In this document: positions 9,941-17,747 of the stretch, in pieces
Layout of the letters: each line of letters opens with the position of its first letter
Position numbering within the stretch: position 1 is the stretch's first letter
Assembly: GCA_041602315.1 (NCBI GenBank)
Contig: JBFIGM010000001.1
Span: 1-37,246 of the forward strand
Direction of reading: 5' to 3'
Length of the DNA: 37,246 nucleotides
Origin: Methylophilaceae bacterium
Lineage (GTDB): Bacteria; Pseudomonadota; Gammaproteobacteria; Burkholderiales; Methylophilaceae
The notes under the pieces: generated by a model
Told to the model about the DNA's origin: nothing
Seen by the model: only the letters and a program-made list of their open reading frames with translations
Databases searched by the model: none
Program-made: the position numbers and the translations under genes

Positions 9941-11248
9941 ATGAGCGAAATAAAAACTACACAAGTCGAATTCACAGGCAAGGCAACAGAGTATTTTGGT
10001 ATTTGGATTGTCAATTTATTACTGTCACTACTTACACTAGGAATATATTCTGCTTGGGCGAAAGTGCGCCGTAAAAAATACTTTTATCACCACACACAAA
10101 TTGATCAGGTAGGTTTTGATTATCATGCTAAGCCAATAAGTATATTGAAGGGTCGTTTGATCGCTTTTGCACTCTTTATGGCTTATGCGTTTGGTGGTGA
10201 ACTAAACTTATTTATCCCAATGGTAGCTGCTACAGTATTCATTTTGGCTTTGCCTTGGCTAGTGGTCAGGGCCTCAATATTTAATGCGCGCAATAGCAGC
10301 CATAGAGGCTTGCGGTTTGATTTTGTGGGTAAAACGGGAGAAGCTGCAAAAATATACCTACTGATGCCTGCGCTGGCAGCACTGAGCTTGTATCTTGCAT
10401 GGCCATATGTAGATTATCGGCGCAATCAGTTTATGGTTGGTAATCATCGATTCGGTTTGAGCGCTTTTGATTTTAAAGCGAAAGTCAGTAGTTTTTATAA
10501 GATTTATAGTATTGTCCTTCTTGTCCCTCTTATAGGTATTTTAGCGGCTATTGCGATTCCCGCTTACATGGCTTACCAAGAGAAAGCTGCGCTGCATTCT
10601 GCAATCAGTGTGCCTTTTACAGTAGGCTTTGTGGAGATTGAAAATGGTCGTCAAATTGTGTTAGCAGAAAATACTATTGAAGAAGAACCTTACCGCGTAG
10701 AACGAGTGTATTCTGAGAATGACAGCAATGAGCAGGTTGATGATGTAGAGCAATCTGAGTCTATCAATTCTGAAAATGCAGTAACAGAAAAATCACTGGA
10801 AGAAATAATCGCGGAAGCGCAACGTGAAAAGCAGGAGAAACGTGAAAGAATGATTGTTGATATGTTGAAATCGCCTGCTAAAGCACTATTAGGGCTTGGT
10901 TTTGTGTTAGTTTATCTTGTGGTGATATTTTCTTTTGTTGCGTATTTTAAATCTCGTATTGGTAATTTGGTTTGGAACAGTACAACCTTGGATACGCTAT
11001 CTTTCAAGAGTACGTTGCGTGCGCGTGACTATTTGTGGATTTATGTGACAAATATTATCGCTATAGTGCTAACGTTTGGTTTGGCAACCCCTTGGGCACA
11101 AATTCGTTTGGCACGCTATCGTGCATCAAAATTACAAGTGGTAGGAGAGGTGGATTTTGACAAATTTGTTGGCGATAAAAAAGCCGAAGTCAAAGCAACA
11201 GGAGAAGAAATTGCTGATTTCTTTGATGTTGACTTTTCATTTGGATAA
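9941..11248 (+). CDS. DUF898 (YjgN-like) polytopic inner-membrane protein with a central acidic insert
   Basis: 435 aa. The N-terminal signature FTGKATEYFGIWIVNLLLSLLTLGIYSAWAKVRRKKYF recurs in the second half as YLWIYVTNIIAIVLTFGLATPWAQIRLARYR. This is the duplicated DUF898 repeat as I remember it. The halves are separated by a TM plus a charged segment of ~90 aa. Confidence 0.75.
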   Translation: MSEIKTTQVEFTGKATEYFGIWIVNLLLSLLTLGIYSAWAKVRRKKYFYHHTQIDQVGFDYHAKPISILKGRLIAFALFMAYAFGGELNLFIPMVAATVFILALPWLVVRASIFNARNSSHRGLRFDFVGKTGEAAKIYLLMPALAALSLYLAWPYVDYRRNQFMVGNHRFGLSAFDFKAKVSSFYKIYSIVLLVPLIGILAAIAIPAYMAYQEKAALHSAISVPFTVGFVEIENGRQIVLAENTIEEEPYRVERVYSENDSNEQVDDVEQSESINSENAVTEKSLEEIIAEAQREKQEKRERMIVDMLKSPAKALLGLGFVLVYLVVIFSFVAYFKSRIGNLVWNSTTLDTLSFKSTLRARDYLWIYVTNIIAIVLTFGLATPWAQIRLARYRASKLQVVGEVDFDKFVGDKKAEVKATGEEIADFFDVDFSFG

Positions 11249-11255
11249 ATAAAAC

Positions 11256-12320
11256 GTGTTTCAAGCAACTTATTTTGATGGTGTCAGCGCGCGCGCTCAA
11301 GCCGCATCGGTAACCGTAAACGACAATGCGATTGAGGTCGATATTGGGCTTGATAGTAAAGCATATAAACTATCTGAGCTAAATATACAGGCAAAATTAG
11401 GGTCTACTAAGCGGTTAATCGATTTGCCTGATGGCAGTCGATTGGAAGCCATTGACATTAGCGAGCTTGAAAAAGCTTTGCCGTCAAAAAAAGCCATGTT
11501 TTGGTCATCGTTGCATTATTTAGAGAACCACTTAGGCTGGGTTTTTGTAGCATTATTTATCACGGTGCTGACAGGTTGGGCTTTCCTACAGTATGGTGTG
11601 CCAAAACTGGCTGAAGTGGTAGCAAATGCCACTCCGCCAGATATGGAGCTTAAACTCGGAGAGCAAGTCCTCAAAGGACTAGATCATAAATTAGGTTATT
11701 TTACTGCTAGTAAAACCACGCAAGCGCAGCAAGGCGAAATCAAAACCGCGCTTGCAGGCTTGTGCCAAGTGAATGATTGTCCTGACTATCGCTTAGAGTT
11801 TAGAAATGGCGGTATTATTGGTGCAAATGCTTTTGCCTTGCCTGGCGGTATCATGGTCGTAACAGATGATTTAATCAAGCTAGCTAAAAATAACACTGAA
11901 ATTGTCGCTGTATTGGCTCATGAACTAGGGCATGTCAAAAAGCGGCATGCCTTTAGACAGAGCATTCAAGGTACGTTATCTGGTTTAATTCTAGCAGCAG
12001 CTACTGGAGATGTGAGTTCCTTGGCTTCGGGATTACCAGCTGTGCTGGTTCAGATGCAATACTCCAGACAGCATGAGCTAGAAGCGGATGCTTTTGCTTT
12101 AGCTGCACTAAAACAATCATGTATACCACCAAGGGCATTTGCCGAAATTTTATACAGACTGCAAAATCAATCAATTGATGGAAAGCCTGATAATAAAGAC
12201 AAAAGCGATGTTGAGTCTCCAAAAGACGGCCAATATGACCCACTTGGCGATATTCTATCTACTCACCCAGATACATTAGAAAGAATAAGACCATTTATGG
12301 TGGCAGAGCCAAATTGTTAA
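11256..12320 (+). CDS. M48-family zinc metallopeptidase with N-terminal soluble domain and TM anchor
   Basis: 354 aa. HExxH in LAHELGHVKKRH with the downstream ligand region QHELEADAFA. A TM (WVFVALFITVLTGWAFL) follows an ~85-aa N-terminal domain. The GTG start is 7 nt after the DUF898 stop, so the two are probably translationally coupled. Confidence 0.8.
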   Translation: MFQATYFDGVSARAQAASVTVNDNAIEVDIGLDSKAYKLSELNIQAKLGSTKRLIDLPDGSRLEAIDISELEKALPSKKAMFWSSLHYLENHLGWVFVALFITVLTGWAFLQYGVPKLAEVVANATPPDMELKLGEQVLKGLDHKLGYFTASKTTQAQQGEIKTALAGLCQVNDCPDYRLEFRNGGIIGANAFALPGGIMVVTDDLIKLAKNNTEIVAVLAHELGHVKKRHAFRQSIQGTLSGLILAAATGDVSSLASGLPAVLVQMQYSRQHELEADAFALAALKQSCIPPRAFAEILYRLQNQSIDGKPDNKDKSDVESPKDGQYDPLGDILSTHPDTLERIRPFMVAEPNC

Positions 12321-12324
12321 GCCG

Positions 12325-12354
12325 TTGATAATTGTTTGAAATCTTGCATAAAAT
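12325..12354 (+). promoter_or_regulatory. Candidate sigma70 promoter for the mini-ORF unit
   Basis: TTGATA (12325..12330), an 18-nt spacer, then TAAAAT (12349..12354). Both hexamers match consensus at 5/6. It lies ~50 nt upstream of the GTG at 12406. This rests on pattern matching only. Confidence 0.35.
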
Positions 12355-12405
12355 ACACTTTTGCTTTAATCTTGCACTACCCGTAAGAAAATTTGAGGTG
12401 AGCCT

Positions 12406-12564
12406 GTGAGGAGTCAATTTTCAGCATCAGTAAGACAGACACGAAGTGCAGCAAAAGTTGCTAGAAAAGCTAGCAGTAATAAGATGATTAAATTGGCGGG
12501 TGTAGCTTTTTTAATGTTAGTGGTTGTCAGTGAAGGGCTTCGATTAATCGTGCAAAGCTTATAG
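12406..12564 (+). CDS. Small (52 aa) tail-anchored membrane protein, hypothetical
   Basis: Below the ORF-track size cutoff. GTG start with GAGGTGAG SD 12395..12402. Translation is (M)RSQFSASVRQTRSAAKVARKASSNKMIKLAGVAFLMLVVVSEGLRLIVQSL*, a basic N-terminal half followed by one C-terminal TM. A strong terminator lies 19 nt after the stop. It could instead be a non-coding RNA or a 3' UTR. Confidence 0.4.
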   Translation: MRSQFSASVRQTRSAAKVARKASSNKMIKLAGVAFLMLVVVSEGLRLIVQSL

Positions 12565-12582
12565 CTTACGTGAAGCTGTAAC

Positions 12583-12609
12583 GGCGGCTATAGCCGCCTT
12601 TTTTGTTTT
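12583..12609 (+). terminator. Rho-independent terminator
   Basis: GGCGGC-TATA-GCCGCC perfect GC-rich hairpin (12583..12598) followed by TTTTTTGTTTT. Confidence 0.75.
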
Positions 12610-12686
12610 ATAGGCACAGTTTAGATATGAGTTAAAGCAATGTTATTAAACATTGTTTTTTTAATTTTAAGCGTTATTGGAATAAT

Positions 12687-13886
12687 ATGTCGCAACACTT
12701 GATGAATACGTATGGCAGGTTACCTGTAACCTTTACCAAAGGAAAAGGTGTTTGGTTGTGGGACGATCAGGGGGAACAGTATCTTGATGCACTATCAGGC
12801 ATTGCAGTGACCGGGCTAGGGCATGCCCATCCAGATTTGGTGGATGCTATCAGTCACCAAGCCGCAACATTAATGCATGTGTCTAACGTGTATCACATTG
12901 CAGAGCAGGAACAGCTTGCTAATAAAATTGCTGAGATTTCAGGCATGGACAAAGTCTTTTTTTGCAACTCAGGTTGTGAAGCAAATGAAGCCTCAATTAA
13001 ATTAGCGCGCTTACATGCACATAATAAAGGCATCAAAAATCCTGAAATTATTGTGATGGAGCAATCATTTCACGGTAGGACCTTAGCAACATTATCAGCA
13101 ACTGGAAATCGGAAAACACAAGCAGGTTTTGAACCATTAGTCAGTGGATTCATTCGTGTTCCATTTGACGATTTGAATGCTGTAAGGCAGGTCGCTGAGC
13201 GCAAGAATAATGTCGTCGCTATTTTAGTCGAACCAGTGCAAGGTGAGGGTGGTATTCATGTGCCAGCAGACATGAAAGGGTATCTGCAAGGATTACGCGC
13301 CATTTGCGATGAAAATGATTGGTTTTTAATGTTGGATGAAGTCCAAAGTGGAATCGGACGAACCGGTACTTGGTTTGCATTTCAACACACAGGTATTACA
13401 CCAGATGTGATGTCTTTAGCTAAAGGACTTGGTTCAGGTATGCCAATTGGTGCCTGTGTCGCAAAAGGGCTTGCATCAGAAGTTTTTGTGCCTGGAAAGC
13501 ACGGATCTACTTTTGGAGGTAATCCGTTAGCAACTAAGGCTGGTCTCACTACTTTAGATGTCATTGCAAGAGACAACTTGCGTGAAAATGCTGAGAAAAT
13601 GGGTGATTTTATACATCAGCAAATTGAAAAAGCATTTGCAGGAAATGATGCGATTGTGAATATTCGACATGCAGGTCTTATGATTGGTGTGGAACTTGAT
13701 AGGCCATGTGCAGAGTTGGTCAAGTTAGCTCTAGCTAATAAACTTTTAATCAATGTAACAGCAGAAAAAGTCATCCGCCTGCTACCGCCATTAGTGATTA
13801 ACAAAAATGAAGCACAAGAGTTGGTTAATCGGTTAGTGCCTGTGATCGAAGACTTTTTGCAAACAGCACAAAATAATGATGGATAG
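12687..13886 (+). CDS. argD: Acetylornithine (succinylornithine) aminotransferase
   Basis: 399 aa, class-III PLP aminotransferase. N-terminus MNTYGRLPVTFTKGKGVWLWDDQGEQYLD, plus LMLDEVQSGIGRTG and the SLAKGLG Lys region. It is followed 2 nt later by argF. Confidence 0.9.
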   Translation: MSQHLMNTYGRLPVTFTKGKGVWLWDDQGEQYLDALSGIAVTGLGHAHPDLVDAISHQAATLMHVSNVYHIAEQEQLANKIAEISGMDKVFFCNSGCEANEASIKLARLHAHNKGIKNPEIIVMEQSFHGRTLATLSATGNRKTQAGFEPLVSGFIRVPFDDLNAVRQVAERKNNVVAILVEPVQGEGGIHVPADMKGYLQGLRAICDENDWFLMLDEVQSGIGRTGTWFAFQHTGITPDVMSLAKGLGSGMPIGACVAKGLASEVFVPGKHGSTFGGNPLATKAGLTTLDVIARDNLRENAEKMGDFIHQQIEKAFAGNDAIVNIRHAGLMIGVELDRPCAELVKLALANKLLINVTAEKVIRLLPPLVINKNEAQELVNRLVPVIEDFLQTAQNNDG

Positions 13887-13888
13887 CC

Positions 13889-14806
13889 ATGAGCATTAAA
13901 CATTTTTTGCAATTTAATGATCTCAAGCGAGATGAGATTGAGTATATATTTGAGCGTGCTAGTTGGATCAAATCGCAATTTAAAGCATATAAAAAATATT
14001 GGCCATTAGAAGATCGTACATTGGTGATGATCTTTGAAAAAGCTAGTACGCGAACACGCTTATCTTTTGAAGCTGGCATGCATCAATTAGGTGGCGCAGC
14101 TATCTACTTAAATACTAGAGACTCACAGTTAGGTCGCGGTGAGCCAGTTGAGGATGCAGCGCAAGTTATCTCTAGGATGAGTGATTTGGTGATGATTCGA
14201 ACATTTGAGCAAAGCATTATAGAACGCTTTGCAGCCAACTCAAGAGTTCCTGTGATTAATGGTCTGACTAACGAGTATCATCCGTGTCAGATACTAGCAG
14301 ACATTTTTACCTACATTGAACACAGAGGTTCTATTACAGGTAAAACTGTTGCGTGGATAGGTGACTCGAATAACATGTGTAATACTTGGTTGCAAGCTGC
14401 CGAGGTGCTTGGTTTTAATATGCATGTATCAACGCCACCTGAATACGAAGTTGAGCCAGAACGTGCAAATCTATATGGCACAGATCACTTTGAAGAGTTT
14501 AAAGATCCGATGGATGCTGCCAAAGGGGCGGATTTAGTCACTACTGACGTGTGGACTAGCATGGGCTTTGAGGCAGAGAACGAGGAGCGCCGTAAAGACT
14601 TTGCCGATTGGCAAGTTGATGCCGATATGATGAAAGTCGCAAAAAAAGACGCATTATTCATGCATTGTTTACCTGCGCACCGAGGCGAAGAGGTCACTGC
14701 TGATGTCATTGATGGACCCAACTCTGTGGTATGGGAGGAAGCAGAAAACAGGTTGCATGTACAAAAGGCGCTGATGGAGTATCTTTTGTTAGGCAAGATT
14801 GATTAG
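13889..14806 (+). CDS. argF: Ornithine carbamoyltransferase
   Basis: 305 aa. Carries the carbamoyl-phosphate motif ASTRTRLSFE, HPCQILAD and the ornithine motif HCLPAHRGEE. Confidence 0.9.
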   Translation: MSIKHFLQFNDLKRDEIEYIFERASWIKSQFKAYKKYWPLEDRTLVMIFEKASTRTRLSFEAGMHQLGGAAIYLNTRDSQLGRGEPVEDAAQVISRMSDLVMIRTFEQSIIERFAANSRVPVINGLTNEYHPCQILADIFTYIEHRGSITGKTVAWIGDSNNMCNTWLQAAEVLGFNMHVSTPPEYEVEPERANLYGTDHFEEFKDPMDAAKGADLVTTDVWTSMGFEAENEERRKDFADWQVDADMMKVAKKDALFMHCLPAHRGEEVTADVIDGPNSVVWEEAENRLHVQKALMEYLLLGKID

Positions 14807-14868
14807 CCACTAAGAATGCAGATAGTATGTTTCGGTGTAGGCTAACCTTTAGGTTAAGCGTAGCGGCC

Positions 14869-14936
14869 GAAGCCAAAATAGGTTACATGTTCAAAAAGCA
14901 TTAATGGAATATTTATTATTAGGAAAAGTGAAATAA
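14869..14936 (+). pseudogene. Relic of a second argF 3' end (last ~18-22 codons), ending in TAATG overlap with argG
   Basis: 14880..14936 translates as [18 protein letters not shown], against [18 protein letters not shown] at the end of the live argF. The first 16 codons show 12 nt differences, all synonymous. Similarity continues ~11 nt further upstream with a 1-nt gap. There is no start codon. Confidence 0.6.
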
Positions 14937-16159
14937 TGAGTGATGTTAAAAAAGTAGTACTGGCTTACTCTGGTGGATTGGATACGTCAGTAATACTGAA
15001 GTGGTTGCAAGATACTTATCAAGCAGAAGTGGTGACTTTTACAGCTGACCTAGGTCAGGGAGAGGAATTAGAGCCTGCTCGTGCTAAAGCAACTGCTGCA
15101 GGCGTCAAAGAAATCTACATTGATGATCTACGAGAAGAGTTTGTACGTGACTTTGTGTTTCCAATGTTCAGGGCTAACACTATCTATGAAGGTGAATATC
15201 TACTAGGTACATCGATTGCAAGACCACTTATCTCAAAGCGGTTGATTGATATAGCTAATGAAACTAAAGCCGATGCGATTTCACATGGGGCGACTGGAAA
15301 AGGTAATGACCAGGTACGTTTTGAGTTGGGTGCGTATGCATTAAGACCAGACATTAAAATCATTGCACCTTGGCGTGAGTGGGATTTGCTTAGCCGTGAA
15401 AAGCTCATGGCTTATGCTGAAAAACATGGTATCCCAGTTGACATGAAGCATAAGAAAGGCGGCAGCCCTTATTCAATGGATGCAAATTTGTTGCATATCT
15501 CCTATGAGGGGCGGCACCTCGAAGATCCTAAAGCGGAAGCAGAAGAAGATATGTGGCGCTGGACAGTGTCACCAGAAAAAGCACCGAATGAGCCTGAATA
15601 TGTTGATATTGAGTATAAGCAGGGTGATATTGTCGCTATCAACGGTAAGTCTCTGAAAGCGCATGAAGTATTGGCTGAGTTGAACCGTTTGGGAGGCAAG
15701 CACGGGGTAGGTCGATTAGACTTAGTGGAAAATCGATATGTCGGGATGAAAGCGCGAGGTTGTTACGAAACACCAGGCGGTACGATTATGCTGAAAGCGC
15801 ATCGTGCGATTGAGAGTGTAACACTTGATCGTGAAGTTGCGCATCTAAAGGATGATTTAATGCCACGTTATGCGAGTTTGATTTATAACGGCTATTGGTG
15901 GAGTCCAGAACGTTTGGCTTTGCAGACCTTAATTGATCATACACAAACACATGTGAATGGCTGGGTACGTGTCAAGTTATACAAAGGCAGCGTAACTGTC
16001 GTAGCTAGAGACAGTAAATCAGATTCTTTATTTGATCCAGAAATTGCTACATTTGAAGATGATGCTGGCGCATATAACCACAAGGATGCGGAAGGATTTA
16101 TTAAGTTGAATGCTTTGCGTATGCGTATTGCTGCAAAAGTTCGACCAATCAAGAAATAA
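14936..16159 (+). CDS. argG: Argininosuccinate synthase (type I)
   Basis: 407 aa. Begins [19 protein letters not shown] (N-type ATP pyrophosphatase motif) and contains [16 protein letters not shown]. Confidence 0.95.
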   Translation: MSDVKKVVLAYSGGLDTSVILKWLQDTYQAEVVTFTADLGQGEELEPARAKATAAGVKEIYIDDLREEFVRDFVFPMFRANTIYEGEYLLGTSIARPLISKRLIDIANETKADAISHGATGKGNDQVRFELGAYALRPDIKIIAPWREWDLLSREKLMAYAEKHGIPVDMKHKKGGSPYSMDANLLHISYEGRHLEDPKAEAEEDMWRWTVSPEKAPNEPEYVDIEYKQGDIVAINGKSLKAHEVLAELNRLGGKHGVGRLDLVENRYVGMKARGCYETPGGTIMLKAHRAIESVTLDREVAHLKDDLMPRYASLIYNGYWWSPERLALQTLIDHTQTHVNGWVRVKLYKGSVTVVARDSKSDSLFDPEIATFEDDAGAYNHKDAEGFIKLNALRMRIAAKVRPIKK

Positions 16160-16161
16160 AA

Positions 16162-17730
16162 ATGCATAAAAAAGTTATTGCTTATGATTCAACCCTACGT
16201 GATGGCGCTCAAGCACAGGGCGTTTCATTCACAGTGGAAGATAAGCTAAAGGTAGTTAAGAAGCTAGATAGTTTAGGCATAAGCTATATCGAGGCTGGTA
16301 ACCCTGGATCTAATCCCAAAGATTTAGATTTCTTTAAGCGTGTAGCAGAGTTGAAGTTAAAGCACGCCAAAATTATTGCATTTGGCAGCACTAGAAAGAT
16401 AGGTGTAAGTGCAGCAGCAGATAAAAACTTGAAATCTTTGCTCAGTGCTAATACTGAGGCAGTTGCTATCTTTGGGAAAAGTTGGGATTATCAAGTAACT
16501 GATATTCTTCGTACATCGCTTGATGAAAACCTTGCAATGATTTCTGACACAATTGCATACCTGAAAGCCCAAGGTAAAGAGGTAGTATTTGATGCGGAGC
16601 ATTTTTTTGATGGCTATAAATCAAATCCAAAGTATGCAATGAAGTCTCTTGAGGCAGCTGCAAAAGCAGGAGCAGATGTGCTTTGTTTATGTGACACGAA
16701 TGGTGGCACTTTTCCAGAGGAAGTCTTCCAGCTAACACAAGTTGTAATTGAGAGCTTTAATACAGAAGTTGGGATACATTGTCATAATGACTGCGAGATG
16801 GCAGTTGCGAATTCTATCGCTGCTGTTAAAGCTGGAGCAACGCAAGTACAAGGCACGATAAATGGTATTGGCGAGCGTTGTGGTAATGCCAATTTAACAT
16901 CTATTATTCCTAACGTTCAGCTTAAATTGGGTATGGATTGTATACCTACTACACAAATGCGAAACTTAACAAGTGTTTCGCGCTTTGTAAGCGACATTGC
17001 AAGTGTGCCTTTCAACGACAAAGCGCCTTATGTTGGCAGTGACGCATTCTCTCATAAGGGCGGTATGCACATTGATGCTGTTAATAAGAATCCAATTTCA
17101 TATGAACACATTAACCCAGAGCAAGTAGGTAACGCGAGGCATACATTAGTGTCAGAGGTCGCTGGCAGAAGCGCATTGCTAGCCAAGCTTAAGATGATTG
17201 ATCCTAGTTTAACAAAAGAGTCAGAAGCTACTAAACGAGTGCTTGAACATTTGAAGGCTTTGGAACATGAGGGCTATCAATTTGAAAATGCAGAACATTC
17301 TTTTGATGTGCGTGTGCGTAAGCTGCTTGGCAAACATCGCACCTTTTTTAAGCTGGAAAGTTATCATATAGGCATTCAAGAACCAGCAAAAAATGGTATC
17401 AACTCACAAGCCAGCATCTCATTTATAGTCGATGGCCAACGCATTAATGCTACAGCAGATGGAGATGGTCCAGTTGATGCGTTGGATAAGGCAATGCGAA
17501 ATGCCCTGCGTGATAAATATCCAGTTATCAAAGATGTCAAACTAACGGATTATAAAGTCCGTGTGCTTGATTCTAATTTGGCTACTGCAGCAAAAGTGCG
17601 CGTAATTATAGAGTCATCTGATCAGCATAAGAGCTGGAATACGACGGGTGTATCCACTGATATTACAGAAGCCTCTTGGATTGCATTACAAGATGCCATT
17701 GAATACAAATTGATGCACGATTTTACTTGA
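16162..17730 (+). CDS. cimA: (R)-citramalate synthase-type enzyme (LeuA/CimA family, ~520-aa class)
   Basis: 522 aa. Contains DSTLRDGAQAQGVSFTVEDKL, the HxH metal site GIHCHNDCEMAVANS, and a C-terminal LeuA-dimer-like regulatory domain. Length and N-terminus fit the short CimA clade rather than canonical LeuA. I cannot distinguish cimA from leuA with certainty without a phylogeny. The start is 2 nt after the argG stop. Confidence 0.7.
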   Translation: MHKKVIAYDSTLRDGAQAQGVSFTVEDKLKVVKKLDSLGISYIEAGNPGSNPKDLDFFKRVAELKLKHAKIIAFGSTRKIGVSAAADKNLKSLLSANTEAVAIFGKSWDYQVTDILRTSLDENLAMISDTIAYLKAQGKEVVFDAEHFFDGYKSNPKYAMKSLEAAAKAGADVLCLCDTNGGTFPEEVFQLTQVVIESFNTEVGIHCHNDCEMAVANSIAAVKAGATQVQGTINGIGERCGNANLTSIIPNVQLKLGMDCIPTTQMRNLTSVSRFVSDIASVPFNDKAPYVGSDAFSHKGGMHIDAVNKNPISYEHINPEQVGNARHTLVSEVAGRSALLAKLKMIDPSLTKESEATKRVLEHLKALEHEGYQFENAEHSFDVRVRKLLGKHRTFFKLESYHIGIQEPAKNGINSQASISFIVDGQRINATADGDGPVDALDKAMRNALRDKYPVIKDVKLTDYKVRVLDSNLATAAKVRVIIESSDQHKSWNTTGVSTDITEASWIALQDAIEYKLMHDFT

Positions 17731-17747
17731 TTCACTAAAATACCTAG

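Noticed and set aside
12638-12655. Palindrome CAATGTTATTAAACATTG as an ArgR ARG box
   Set aside because: It does not fit the TGAAT-N-ATTCA core of ARG boxes, and I cannot tell whether this lineage has ArgR. I kept it only as a generic hairpin observation.
13616-14079. Minus-strand ORFs (120 aa and 84 aa) across the argD/argF junction
   Set aside because: They are antisense to two genes with unambiguous enzyme motifs and have no SD or family resemblance.
14807-14868. The 62-nt insert between the argF stop and the relic, considered as a terminator, MITE or tRNA fragment
   Set aside because: It contains only a weak imperfect hairpin (TAACC-TTTA-GGTTA). It has no T-tract, no terminal inverted repeats and no cloverleaf potential. 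It is best treated as donor 3' flank of unknown origin.
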